64,000 nucleotides of DNA, taken from Eledone cirrhosa. Taxonomy: Eukaryota. Below, piece after piece: positions 15,090 through 28,691 of the stretch; within the stretch, counting starts at the first letter, position 1, and each line of letters begins with the position of its first letter. The stretch covers positions 16,740,001 through 16,804,000 of the forward strand of contig OZ024748.1 in the NCBI GenBank assembly GCA_964016885.1, given 5' to 3'. Under the pieces are notes generated by a model. That model ran no database searches. It saw only the letters and a list, made by a program, of their open reading frames with translations, and was not told where the DNA came from. Position numbers and translations under genes: made by a program.

Positions 15090-15150
15090 AATATATGTAT
15101 AAATAAATAAATATATAAATATATATATATATAAATAAATTAATAAATAA

Positions 15151-15182
<32 letters not shown>

Positions 15183-15223
15183 TAATAAATAAATATATAT
15201 ATATATATATAAATAAATTAATA

Positions 15224-15291
<68 letters not shown>

Positions 15292-15479
15292 AAATATATA
15301 TATAAATATATATTTGTACAGGGATGTTTTTGAAAGAAGGAAATTCTGCTGAGAATATCGAAAGTAAGAAAACCTGCAGAAAAAAAATGAAAAAAATTAA
15401 ATAAAATGTATGATTCATACAAATTGAAGAATATGATTTTCAAAGACAGGAGACTCCTGACATACACATATACTGACAC

Positions 15480-15737
15480 ACTTCAATACATGCCAACACA
15501 CACCTATCAACACCTTGACACATTAACATATTTATACAAACACACGTACCACCACACACACATGCACGCATGAATACACAGACACTATATCATATTTATA
15601 CAAAACACATGTACTGATGCACACACATACACACACACACTCACCCACACAGAGAGAGACACGCATGCACACTCACACCAATATTTACAGATAAACACAC
15701 ATACACATATACAAATACACACACACACACTCACACA

Positions 15738-15770
<33 letters not shown>

Positions 15771-16240
15771 AGAGACACGCATGCACACTCACACCAATAT
15801 TTACAGATAAACACACATACGCATATACAAATACAAACACGCTCTCTCTCACACACACACACGGAGACACACATGCACACGCACACCAATGTATACAGAT
15901 AAACACACACACGCATATACAAATACACACACGCTCTCTCACACACGTATACACACACACAGACATGCATGCACTCATACAGCGAGACACACCAACATAT
16001 TTATACAAACATATATATACACACAAAACACACATACACATATACCAACACACACACTCTCACACACGCACACATACACACACAGACACGCATGTATGCA
16101 TATGGCTAGATACACCAACATATTTATACATATATACAGACAAACACACGCACACACTCTCATACACACACATACACACACACACATGCATGCACTCACA
16201 CACCTAGACACAACAACATATACAAACACACACACACAGT

Positions 16241-16272
<32 letters not shown>

Positions 16273-16345
16273 CACACAGAGACATGCATGCACTCACACA
16301 CTTAGACACACCAACATATACAAACACACACACACACACACTCAC
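15480..16345. repeat. (CA)-rich compound minisatellite with ~115-bp higher-order units
   Basis: GAGACACGCATGCACACTCACACCAATATTTACAGATAAACACAC recurs at about 15656, 15772 and 15864. Confidence 0.8.
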
Positions 16346-16597
16346 TGGGTATTCGCTGGCCTTGTGCCTAAAATAGAAACAATTATATTTTATCTAATGA
16401 AAGCGCACCATAATCTGCCTTGGTGGCCCTTGAAATATGTATAATGAAATAAATATGGTTTTATAAATATAGTTTCCATTTGTTAATATATTGTATGTTT
16501 ACTCCAATTAATTTGTTGAGTGCTTTATATCAGTTATAAAAATATTTTGCTTGTTGTATCCCAACAAATTAAATATAACTTCTACATATATATTTAT

Positions 16598-16969
16598 ATC
16601 ATCATCATCATTTTCATCATTTCATTTTACGTCCACTTTTTCCCTGCTTGCAAGGGTGGGACGGAAACTGATTCTGGCTTGATTTCTACAGCTGGATGCC
16701 CTTCCTAACACCAACCTCATTTACAGTGAGTGCTGGGTGCTTTTTTGCCGTGGACCTACACGACCATTTTGCAGTGGAATGATAGGGACCCCAGTCTCTA
16801 TCATCTCATTTCTACAGCTGAGTAAACTGGAGCAATGTGAAATAAAGTGTCTTGCAATGTGAAATAAAGTGTCTTGCTCAAGGAAACAACACATCACCCG
16901 GTCTGAGAATTGAACTCACAACCTTTCGATTGCAAGGCCAATGCTCTAACCACTAAGCCATGTGCCTCC
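16598..16969 (-). mobile_element. tRNA-derived SINE family 2 (CORE-like body, RTE-derived tail), full length
   Basis: Reverse complement of 48486-48830; 22-bp internal tandem duplication at about 16832-16875. Confidence 0.9.
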
Positions 16970-17455
16970 ATATATATATATAATAATTATACATATGTAT
17001 TCGATATATATATAGATATATATAATAATTATATATATGTATACAATATGATATATATAATAAAAATAATCAAAAATAAATGTATCAAAATTAAAATAAA
17101 TAATAAAATAAAAAATTGAAATAAAAACAAAAGCAAACAAGAAATAAGAAATAAAAATTAATAAAAAACAAAATAAATAAAAAATAAAATTAATAAAAAA
17201 TATTTTCTAAAAATAATAAAATAATAATAATAGAAAATTAAAAATAAAACATAAATTATAAAAATGGAAGAATCTGACATACAATTGCAACATATCGCAA
17301 AAACTGAAAAATTGGTTTGAAAAGTGTTACATAAAATATACTATGTATATCTGCATTGGTTTAAAAAAAAAATGATTAAAAAATGGCTATATATCATAAA
17401 TTTAATATCTGACTTAACTCATGTCTGCTACTTGTTGCATATTTTTTACTATATT

Positions 17456-17955
17456 TGATGATGATGATGGTGATGATGGTGGTGGTGGTGATGGTGGTGA
17501 TGATTGAGGTGGTGCTGGTGATGGTGACGATTGTGGTGATGATGAGGATGGTGGTATTAGTGGTGGGCATGATGGTGGTGATCATGGTGGTGGTGGGGAT
17601 GATGATGATGGTGATGATGATGGTGGTGGTGATGATGGTGGGGATGATGATGATGGTGGTGATGATAGCGGTGGTGGTGGTGGTGGTGATGGTGATGATT
17701 GTGGTGATGATGGGGATGGTGGTATTAGTGGTGGGCATGATGGTGGTTGTCATGGTGGTGATGGTGGTGAGGATGATGATGATGGTGGTGTTGGTGATGA
17801 TGATGATGGTGGTGGTGATGATTTCCTCCCAAACCACCATACACTCACACACCATACTACCACACCTCCACACATTCCCACTCCCACACCACCACTCACA
17901 CCACACCACTACAGCAACCACACCATCACACCACCACATCCACCACACCACCACA
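17456..17955. repeat. (GAT/GGT)n trinucleotide array switching to (CAC/ACC)n
   Basis: G-rich 17456-17820, C-rich 17832-17955; internal duplication with ~174-bp offset. Confidence 0.9.
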
Positions 17956-18187
17956 TTCCAGAACGAGATTCTATACAGGGGAATACAGTCACTAATGAAA
18001 TCATTATTTCAGTTTTCCTGCACCAAGTGGAGTTGTAAGCTTCCTCCATTGAATTAAGGTGACTAAAATGTTACAAAACAATAATAGAGAATAAAAAAAA
18101 AGAAATAAAAGAGATTTATTTTTCATATTTTTGTGCATGTATGTATATGTATGTGTGTATATATATGTGTATATATGTGTATGTATG

Positions 18188-18795
18188 CCAGGTCACCAGT
18201 TGGTGCTACTGGTAACATGTATCCCAGTACAACCTGTCTCATGGTCGGGTCGTTGGCGACTAAACTGGCAACCCCACCAAGGTTTATTGGTGAGGAGGAT
18301 GACTTTGGACATCCTGCAGGACTAAAAACAAAACCTGTCAAAGGGCAAAGAAGCTCTTAAGAGTCAATGGCCATCCAAAATCACCGGGAGAGATGACCCC
18401 TTAGCCTTTGTCAAGGCAGAATTCTAGGAGAAGGAAAACTCTGATATAACACCTGCAACTTTGATGGTATCCAATGATGTTGACTTGTTCTTCTTTTTGG
18501 TAAATATCATCTTGGTTAAGAGAGTGGGACTAGCTTTGTGCAGTGCCTTTGCTCACTATAAAAGCTTCACGGCACAGGCATTGCTTTATATCTGGAGATC
18601 TCTCTGCACTTGTCGTCACATGGTACCATGGGCCCAGCACTATGTGTCAATAATTGTCACAAGTGTAGTGTTTGTACCAGAGTTTTCAAGTCGCTGGCTG
18701 GACTAAAAGGTCACACTCGTTCAGCGCATCGGTAGGGGTCCTCCTACATGGATATAAAGTAGTGGCCGTACTCGAAAACGAGTTGGCAGCCACCA
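18188..18795 (+). mobile_element. Probable RTE 5'-UTR-derived non-autonomous element
   Basis: CTAGGAGAAGGAAAACTCTGA motif typical of RTE 5' regions and Ceph-type SINEs; GC-richer island between microsatellites. Confidence 0.5.
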
Positions 18796-19726
18796 TATAT
18801 GACGTATATATATGTATGTTTATATAAGTATGTGTATATATGTACATATATGTCTGTGTATAACTACCTGTGTATATGTATGTGTACATATATGTGCTTA
18901 TATGATGTGTGTAAAAATACGTGTATATATGTATATATATATGTATGTGTATATCTACGTGTATATATGTATGTGTATATATATATGTGCTTATATGATG
19001 TGAATATATGTATGTGTATATATGTATGTATATATATATGTATGTGTATATATGTATATGTATATATGCATGTGTATATATGTATGATGATATATGTACA
19101 TGTATATATGTATGTGTATATATATATTTGTATACATATATGTGTATGCAAGTATGTGTATTTATACATGTAGATATGTATGCGTATATGTATCTATGTA
19201 TATATATGTGTTTGTGTATGTATATATATATGTGTAAGTATACATATATATATACGTGTATATATATATATATGTGTATATATATATATATACCTGTATA
19301 TATATATATATATGTGTGTGTGTGTAAGTATATATATATATATATATACATTAATATATATGATAAACACAAAACGTGTTTGCATTGCAACAGACAAAGT
19401 TAGCTATTAATGAAATAAACTAATTAAAGTGAATACAATTTGTCTGTCTCGATATAAGTCAATAAAGACAAGCTTATATTGGCAAAGGCCGTGATTCCTG
19501 GACAAATCTAAATTTCAAAATCCAAACCCGTTCCGTAGATGAATTTGAATTTCGAAACCTAAATATGTTTCGCAACGATGGTACGTGAATTGAAAAATAA
19601 AGAGAATCGAAATGGAATTGAAATAAAAAGTGAAATATCCAAATCTTCTGTGCTTATCAACAGGAACCCAGTAAAATTAGTATATTTCGCCATCAAAAAT
19701 GTTGCAGGTCTGACTACATGTGTGTC

Positions 19727-20015
19727 TAGCCAGGCCAAAGTAGCCGTCCCGCATACTTTAATTAGTTTATTTCATTAATAGCTAACTTTGTCTGTTGCAA
19801 TGCAAACACGTTTTGTGTTTATCATATATATTAATGTATTTAACTGCTCGGAAATGCCCCTTTCTTGGAGCTGATTTATTGTAAACGACTGAGGGTTTAA
19901 TCTCAAAATATAATATAGTATATTGCTCCTTAACTGTAGAGCTGATCTTTAATCCCGCATAAACGGCTGTTATTTCTAGCACCGGGAATGCGGGACGGCT
20001 ACTTTGGCCTGGCTA
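19727..20015. mobile_element. MITE with perfect ~28-31-bp TIR (TAG...CTA, Academ-like termini)
   Basis: GTCTAGCCAGGCCAAAGTAGCCGTCCCGCAT at 19724-19754 is inverted at 19988-20018. Confidence 0.6.
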
Positions 20016-20026
20016 GACCAAATAAT

Positions 20027-20202
20027 TGTTTCTACTTTAGGCACAAGGCCAGCAATTACCCAGTACATTACTGGTACTTTATTTTATCGACCCCGTAAGG
20101 ATGAAAGGCAAAGTTAACCTCAGCGGGATTTGAACTCAGACCGTAAAGGGATGTAACTATGCTAGAAAACATGGCGTCCAACCCTCTACCGATACTGCCA
20201 AA
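20027..20202 (-). mobile_element. SINE family 1 with 10-bp TSD
   Basis: TSD ACCAAATAAT at 20017-20026 and 20203-20212. Confidence 0.9.
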
Positions 20203-20376
20203 ACCAAATAATGTTAACAGAAAGACAGACCTCTGTTTCAATTATAGACATGAAAAGTTTGGCAAATGCAAACAGAATTAGTGAGAAGGAATTTGCTTAT
20301 CAAAAGATTTATATTGAGAATATCTACGTAAGCATATGTGGATCTATATATGAATGCATCTATGGATATATATATA

Positions 20377-20459
<83 letters not shown>

Positions 20460-20502
20460 GTATATATATACATATATATATGTATATATATACATATATA
20501 TA

Positions 20503-20535
<33 letters not shown>

Positions 20536-20568
20536 ATATATATATATATGTATATATATGTATATATT

Positions 20569-20977
20569 TAGGTACGAGTAGGACCCCGACGGCTGAGCTC
20601 AAGCCATTTCGATGGCTAATTCTGGACTAAATGAATATTTTTATCCTGGTAAATGAATAGCCGATCTTCTCAGAGGGTAATTCCATATATGGTAAAAGTG
20701 ATTGTCAGAAGGATTGGTCAAAAGTTTGTTGTTGAGACACATTTTTTTACCAATCCTTGTGACAATCACTTTTACCATATATCGAATTACCCCCTGAGAA
20801 GCTCGGCTATTCATTTACCAGGATAAAAATGTTCATTTAGTCCAGAATTAGCCGTCAAATGGCTTGAGCTCAGCTGTCGGGGTCCTACTCATTCCTATTA
20901 CCCACTCTACTACCCTAAGTATTGAGTACTTTGGTGCATTATGGTCCATCTGGTTCCTTACCACATTTCCTTCGTTA
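20569..20977. mobile_element. Palindromic element family A with decayed hammerhead motifs in both arms
   Basis: About 155-bp inverted arms 20569-20723 and 20744-20897; ACCCC-CTGAGAA-G.TCGGCTA..TAGCCGTC-(G)AAATGGC..GC(C/T)GTC-GGGGT; the tail is shared with 37396-37484. Confidence 0.75.
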
Positions 20978-21016
20978 TATATATATAATATATATATGTA
21001 TATATATATATATGTA

Positions 21017-21149
<133 letters not shown>

Positions 21150-21422
21150 TGTGTTGTTTCCTTGAGCAAGACACTTTATTTCACATTGCTCCAGTTTACT
21201 CAGCTGTAGAAATGAGATGATAGGGGCTGGGGTCCCTATCATTCCACGGCAAAGTGGTCGTGGAGGTGCCACGGCAAAAAAGCACCCAGCACTCACTGTA
21301 AATGAGGTTGGTGTTAAAAAGGGCATCCAGCTGTAGAAATCAAGCCAGAATCAGTTCCCGTCCCAACCTTGCAAGCAGGGAAAAAGCGGACGTAAAATGA
21401 AATGATGATGATGATGATGATG
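21150..21422 (+). mobile_element. SINE family 2, 5'-truncated
   Basis: Matches 48562-48830. Confidence 0.9.
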
Positions 21423-21448
21423 TATTTATATATATATGTATATATATG

Positions 21449-21487
<39 letters not shown>

Positions 21488-21580
21488 GTATATATATATG
21501 TGTATATATGTATGTATGTATGTATTTATGTATTTATGCATAAACACCCATACAATTTATTAATATAGATATTTTTGTTT

Positions 21581-22607
21581 CATCATCATCATCATCATCG
21601 TTTAACATCCATCTACCACGCTTGCATGGGTTTGGACGGGAGTTTTCCCACTTGAGGCAAGAGTGGTTGTTTCGCTCGCATAGGACTGTCTGGCGGGTTT
21701 TCTACGGCTGGATGCTCTTCCTAACACCAACCACGTTTACAGTGTGGACTGGGAGGTTTTTACCATGTTACCTACACGGCCACATTACAGCGTGGACTGT
21801 GTGTTTTTTTTGTCGTGACACCTACACGACCTCATTTGTTTCGGACTGGATGTTGTGGTACCAACATAACTTTACATTGAAAGGGGTGGTGTGGATTGGG
21901 TGGGGGTAGTGGGATGGGGCTGTATTTTGTTAGAGGTGCCTACTGACTGTAGTAGGTTTCACTTTGTACTTAGGTAAGGCGGGTCTTCTCTATTACTGTG
22001 TAGCGCCAAAGATCTCGGTCCAGTGACATTGTCTTGGAGAGGTGTAAGTGTGTGAGGTCGGAATTTATCAAGTCGTCCCAGGTTTTTCTGGGTCTGCCTA
22101 CTCCGTGGCTACCGTCTATTTTTATTGCCCTGCACTTTTTTATACAGCTGTCGTCTTTCATGCGCATCACGTGACCATACCAACGTAGCCTTCTCTCGAG
22201 TAAACAATATCTGATCCCCCTTATTTCTAATTTTTTCCTTAGTTCGTTTATGCTTTGCCGTTCACGTATGTTACTATTACACACCCAGCGGAGCATGCAA
22301 GCTTCATTCCTCTCCAGTCTACGTATATCCTCTGCACACAATGCCCAGGTCTCACTGCCACGTAACATTGCTGTTTGTATGCAGGCATCATACAGCCTGC
22401 CTTTCATTTTTAGAGAGAACCTTTAGCGGCTAATAGTGGTATAAGCTCTCTGAACTTTTTCCATCCAGTTCTGACTCTAGCTACAGTACTTTCAGAGCAC
22501 CCTCCGCCACTGCTGATTTTGTCACCCAAGAAAGGGAAGGTGTCCACTATTTCTATAGAACCATCTGGGCAATGGAATGAGCTAGTATTCTGTGGGCACT
22601 TGGTGCT
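21581..22607 (-). mobile_element. RTE LINE 3' fragment, long-UTR subfamily
   Basis: [38 protein letters not shown]; frameshift near 22408. Confidence 0.94.
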
Positions 22608-22634
22608 ACACACACACATACGTGTGTGTGTGTA

Positions 22635-22672
<38 letters not shown>

Positions 22673-22675
<3 letters not shown>

Positions 22676-22833
22676 TGTAAATGTGGTTGGTGTTAGGAAG
22701 GGCATCCAACTGTAGAAAACCTGCCAGACTGTCCTATGCGAGCAAGACAATCACTCTTGCCTCAAGTGGGACTACCCCCGTCCAAACCCATGCAAGCGTG
22801 GAACACGGACGTTTAACGTTGATGATGATGATG

Positions 22834-22834
<1 letters not shown>
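22673..22834 (+). mobile_element. RTE 3' UTR tail
   Basis: Near-identical to 6249-6410. Confidence 0.88.
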
Positions 22835-22865
<31 letters not shown>

Positions 22866-23074
22866 ATGTATGTATATATATATTTATATATGAACACCTG
22901 CCCAATCTATTAATATATGTATGTATATATATATATATGCATATATGTATGTATATATATATATACTTACATATACATCAAGCGTGAACCTAATACCTAA
23001 CACCTTTTGTAACTGTACTCCTTGTAACTGTAATCCTTGTATTTATTTTTCCAATATATATATATGTATATCCA

Positions 23075-23450
23075 TCTAATCCAGTGGAGGCCTCTGAAGT
23101 GTTTGATTCCATTTGTGCAGGAACCACTCGACAACTGCATGGGTCCACCGATTATCTTTGAAATATGGGAATGATGTGGCCCATTTTAGTTTGTTCAGAC
23201 AGTACTCAGTGATAACGTCCCTCACTCTTGATCTTTCCCTGATCTGCCAGTTTTGGATGCGATCTCTCAAGAAGATTCCCAACATTGACTTTTCCAAGTC
23301 TATTTACAAAGATATTAACCCATTTTCTTCCCTCTTTATTGTCGCCCATGTTTCACTTGCATATAGCATTGCAGACAGAATCGTGCTGTTGAAGAGTGTG
23401 ACTCTGTAAAGGTTTGCTTTCAGCACATACTTCACTGAGCTGAACGACTC
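23075..23450 (-). mobile_element. RTE lineage 3 decayed RT C-terminal fragment
   Basis: MLYASETW, then MEKSMLGIFLRDRI.N..IRERSRVRDVI..KLKWA..DNRWT. Confidence 0.8.
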
Positions 23451-23597
23451 TGTAAAGATCGTCTAGTTTCCTGAAACCTTTGGTAAGGGAATAATTATAT
23501 TCTTTTGTTTATTATGTAATTAAATAGCTCTGTACTATACATAGAGCACTCTTCTTTCCTTTACCTTTTCTACGGAAATACTTTATATATATATATA

Positions 23598-25048
23598 TCA
23601 TCATCATCATCATCATCATCATCACCATTTTACGTCTGTTCTTCCATGCTAGCATGAGTTAGACGGGTTGTCCTGTTGTGGGCAGTGTCTGGTCGGCTGA
23701 CAATGCCTTGCTCATACAGGAACTGATTTTGGCTTTATTTCTACAGCTGGATGCCCTTCCTAACACCTACCACATTTACAGTGAGTGCTGGGTGCTTTTT
23801 TCCGTGGCGCCTACACGTCCACTTTACCGTGTGGGCTGGGTGCTTTTTTGCCATGGCACCTCCATGACCACTTTGCAGTGGGAGGGTGTGGGGCATATTG
23901 TCTATATGCTTCAGCTTGTAGCCATGGGAGGTTGTGTACTCTGTATTACTGCGTGACGCCAGAGGTCACGGTTGTGTGTCATCGCCTTTGAGAGGTGTAA
24001 TTGGGTAAGGTCGGCTTTTATCACCTCATCCCAGGTCTTCTTGGGTCTCCCCACTCCACGGTTTCCATTGACTTCTAGTGCTCTGCACCTTTTTATGCAG
24101 CTGTCATCCTTCATACACATCACATGTCCATACCAACGCAACCGCCTCTCCTGCACACAGCATTTGATTCCTCTTATGCTCAGTCTCTCTCTCAATTCAT
24201 TTATGCTTTGCCGTTCGCATATATTATTATTACACATCCATCGGAGCATGCAGGCTTCGTTTCTTTCTAATCTACGTAAGTTTTCCACCTTCAGTGCCCA
24301 GGTCTCACTACCATGTAACATTGCTGTTCGGATACATGCATCATACAGTCTGCCTTTCATTTTGAGGGAGAAGCCTTTTGTAGCTAGCAGTGGCAGTAGT
24401 TCCCTGAACTTCTTCCATCCCATTCTACCCTAGTTATTGTACTTTCTGAACACCCACCTCCGCTGTTAATTCGCTCACCTAGGTATCAGAAGCTGTCTAG
24501 TGTTTCTATAAAGATTGGTGGTACTTATCTCTTGTGGCTGTTTGCTACTTGCTGTTCCAGCACAGCTGCTACATGTGAAGCCTACATTCTTAATTAAGCT
24601 TCCTGAGATCCCGCCACATCTCTTGTGTACCCATTGTTTGCATTTGGGGCAGAGAATGGTGTTCTACCTACACCTTTCCTACATACTGAGCAAGGCCATT
24701 TCCCTGAGGGGATCTGGGTTCTGTTTTCTCGTCTACTCAGTCTTTGTCAGGTTGAATTTGAGACCCTTTCTTTCTAGTCCCTACTTCCAAGTTTGGAATT
24801 TCTTCTCTAGTTCTACCATAGATTCAGCTCTAAGTGCGAGGTCATCTGCATACAGGAGTTCCCATGGGCATACGGTCTTAAACTCCTCCGTTATTGCCTG
24901 CAGGACTATGATGAACAAGAGAGGGCTAAGAACAGAGCCCTGGAGGACCCCAACCTGTACGCTAAACTCCTTGCTATACTCTTTGCTAATCATAACTTTG
25001 CTGACTGCTCCCCTATACATTGCTTGTACAGCTTTCACAATCCATTCA
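23598..25048 (-). mobile_element. RTE LINE fragment: RT core, PHD-like finger, C-terminus, 3' UTR
   Basis: VGVLQGSVLSPLLF..WELLYADDL..; CPKCKQWVHKRC; GWKKFRELLP..GRPKKTW; stops and frameshifts. Confidence 0.95.
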
Positions 25049-25128
25049 TATATATATATATATATATATATATGTCTCAGTGTATTTGTATACATGCTTT
25101 CATGTGTGTATGTCTGTATATGTTTGAA

Positions 25129-25161
<33 letters not shown>

Positions 25162-25835
25162 TGAGAGAGAAATGATGTTGCATCCCATGATTGAGATCCT
25201 CCTCATTCCAAGGAAATTAATGTTTCTAAGAAGTTGGTTAAAAGGAAAAATAAAAAAAATATTACAAAATATAAAAAGTGATTGATGTCTTGAGAATATG
25301 GAGGTAATTATTCTAGAGCCACAACAAAAATCACCAAGTCCACCCTTTACGGTACTTGCACTACCGCAATGAGAGAAGTACCAGTCCACCCCGTTATGTA
25401 GGCATGCTGGTGGCATGACAACCTTTCTTTCCTGTCAACTGTGAAGAAGTAAAAATATAATTAACTCATCGTTAACACTGACTGAGATCCTTTCCATTCC
25501 AAGGCAATTAATGTTGGTAGCAAGTTTTCTAAAAAAGAAAAATTTAAAAAAATTTTTAAAATGAAATATAAAATGAACTGTGGATGTCTTGAAAATATAT
25601 AGAATTCAACCTTTCTCTCCTCTCACCTGTGGAGAATTAAAGAAGAATTAAAGTGATTAGACACCCACCTGTCAACAGTAATGGAAGTACCATTTACTCA
25701 GAATTTTGCAAATTGTAAATTCTATGTCTTGTTTTTTTTAGTTGCTTGGTGGTGGTTTGTTGTATTTTAAATATATCTTTTTAAAGAATGTAAACAGATA
25801 TACGTAACTATATGTATGCATACATTCACATGCAT

Positions 25836-25871
<36 letters not shown>

Positions 25872-26295
25872 ACACATATATATATATATATATATGTACA
25901 CACATATACTTGCATGCACACATGCATGTATACAAATATATACATATATGCAATTATACTTCTTTCATACACACACACATACATTCATACATAGAATACA
26001 TGTATATAAAACACGTCCATAATCACATGCATATATATATGTGTGTGTGTGCATATATATATACCCACTTACACACATACAATTAAAATTACATTTAGTC
26101 ATGAGGAAATAGAGTCAATGCTTTTGAGAATTTTACTAGTGATATATATATATATACCAGTGATATATATATTAGCTGATGTCACAGAGTTTACTTAAAC
26201 ACATGTCTTATTAATCCTTCAACTACAATGTCAACTCTTCTTCTATGAAATGAAAACTACATTTTTATATGTTCTTATATCAATTAAAATTTTCT

Positions 26296-26468
26296 CGGTA
26301 AAGGGTTGGACGCCATGCTTTCTTGCATAGTTATGTCCCTTTACAGTCTGAGTTCAAATCCCACTGAGGTTAACTTTGCCTTTCGTCCTTACGGGGTCGA
26401 TAAAATAAAGTACCAGTAATCTACTGGGTAATTGCTGGCCTTGTGCCTAAAGTAGAAACAATTATTTT
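26296..26468 (+). mobile_element. SINE family 1
   Basis: Matches family consensus. Confidence 0.9.
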
Positions 26469-26669
26469 ATATAAGAGCCATATGCTAAGTTATTATTATC
26501 TCAGTAATGAAATCTCCACCATCATCATCATCGGCTAATACATTTTTGAGAAATTTTTGTATGGTTATATATTTGTAATTTTACAATACATGTAGGGCCT
26601 ATTGTTGAAAAATCCTTGGTTATTATTATAAGGAATTCTTCAACCTATATAAATGAGATAGATATTAAT

Positions 26670-26855
26670 AAATTTTTCTACTTTTGGCACAAGGCCAGTA
26701 ATTACCCAGTGTATTACTGGTATTTTATTTTATCGACCCCGTAAGGACGAAAGGCAAAGTTAATCTCGTGGGATTTGAACTCAGGCCGTAAAGGGCCGTA
26801 ACTCTTTTCTGCAAAGCATGGCGTCAGACCCTCTACCGATACTGCCAATCCACCA
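26670..26855 (-). mobile_element. SINE family 1, convergent with the previous copy
   Basis: Matches family consensus. Confidence 0.9.
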
Positions 26856-27554
26856 ATGGTTTATAATAATATTTATGCAGGGTTTCCCTGAGACATGAAA
26901 TCTATTTCAAGGGTTCCACAAGCGTAAAACGGTTGAGAAATGTTGGCTTATATCCACTCAATTTCACACACAAGACTTGATAAAGATTGACCCGAGGCTG
27001 TGGTAAAGAAGTTTCTCCAAAATGCCAGATATTGTGATCAAACTGAGGAATTCATGATTGAGATGTGAACTTCGTAACATTTCAACCAGGCATGCAATTA
27101 CTCAAAAATAAGCATAACAAACTTCAGCCTATATTTAACAGATAATATGATTTCAACCTGACATAATCTTTGTTTCCTAATATGCCTTATTAGATTTGAC
27201 AACAAATTATGCCCAGATTATATATCAGGACATGGCAAAAATAGAATTATTTTAACCAAAATTTACCATATTTAGTGGGTGTGAAACACTCATATAACAC
27301 ACTCAGAATATACAGCCCTGACAAATACATTAGACACTTGAGAGTAGTTTGAAAAATAAAAATAGTATTGTGTATGAAGTAAAGTGATGACTATGTCAAT
27401 TTTGACATAGTTGGTCTGACAATGATGGATCTAAACAGATATGTGATTGATATAAGTCTCTTCTTGTTGTCATATGACGTATGTACAGTGGTTAGAGAGA
27501 GAGAGAGAGATTGGTGAGCCTGACTAAGGTGTCATTTGTACTAATATGTGTCAC

Positions 27555-27802
27555 CTCCAGGCTATTGGGAAAATGTCTGTGGGGGGACAATCCCAAATAA
27601 CATGCAGCACTGTCTGGTCAGGGTCCCCAGAGTCACATGCTGGGCTGTCTTTCCTTTTCCATCAATGGAGATGATGGGCTGTCCTGGCATGTGTTGTGCA
27701 GATCTCATTAAGGGACACTCATTGCCTTCTATAAAAGGTGGGAGATGGCAACCTTCATATAGTACACCCTGTATGGAATTCATTCCAACTAATGCCATTA
27801 CT
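27555..27802 (+). mobile_element. Decayed dispersed repeat, possibly a non-LTR RT remnant; inverted homolog at 28978-29214
   Basis: CATCAATGGAGATGATGGGCTG..GGCAACCTTCAT..TGTATGGAATTCATTCCAA is shared; weak SG.PQ.H.V-like reading. Confidence 0.5.
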
Positions 27803-27819
27803 TATAAGTAATCATTATA

Positions 27820-27996
27820 CAGGTAAAATTCCATAATAACGAACACCATTATAACGAATTTTTCAGTATAACAACATTTTTTTCAATCCCCAAGGTAATA
27901 ACAAACGCTCAATTTGTTTTGGTCGATCTCATTATTTTTCGTTACAACAAATTTTTTTTTATACACCATGAATTTCGTTATAACAGAATTTGACTG
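27820..27996. mobile_element. pogo/Tigger-like MITE with TA TSD
   Basis: TA-CAGGTAAAATTCCATAATAACGAA ... TTCGTTATAACAGAATTTGACTG-TA; subterminal ATAACGAA repeats. Confidence 0.7.
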
Positions 27997-28011
27997 TATA
28001 TTTAATTGATG

Positions 28012-28196
28012 AATTGGCAGTATTGGTAGAGCATCAGACGCCATGCTTTGCAGAATAGAGTTATGGCCCTTTATGGTCTGAGTTCAAATCCTGCCAAGGT
28101 TATCTTTGCTTTTCATCCTTATGGGGTCGATAAAATAAAACACCAGTAATACACTGGGGTAATTGCTGGCCTTGTGCCAAAAGTAGAAACAATTAT
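28012..28196 (+). mobile_element. SINE family 1 with TSD TATATTTAATTG
   Basis: Consensus match; direct repeat at 27997-28008 and 28198-28209. Confidence 0.9.
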
Positions 28197-28691
28197 ATAT
28201 ATTTAATTGGTATAAAACACTTTTTAAAGGTTCAATAACGTGTCTCTCAGAAGTTTGCATCAAAGATGGATGCCTAGGTGGCCTAATGGTAATGCTAATC
28301 CGGTGTACAACATTGTATATTTATTGTTTGAAGAAAACAGAATCGTTTGGAAATTGAATAATTCAGAGAAGGTAACCACATAAAAAAATATTTTTAAAAT
28401 GTATATATAAATTAGTGTTGACATCTTTAATACTGTGAACATAAACAGAACTTGCTAGAAATAAATATATGATAAGGAAAACCTTACCAAAAAATATGTA
28501 TTTCCTTTGAAAACGTTTATAGAAGACAGTTTTAAGACCGCAGAAAATCATAAAGCGGCAGGAAAAATAGAATCGGTAATCTTCCCGACAAGACAACTTT
28601 TTTTGTTATGCTTTTACAAATGTGTTACTGTACTGCAAATATTCAACATCTATTATATTTGTTTATAAGCTTACATCGCCTGTATCATAAA

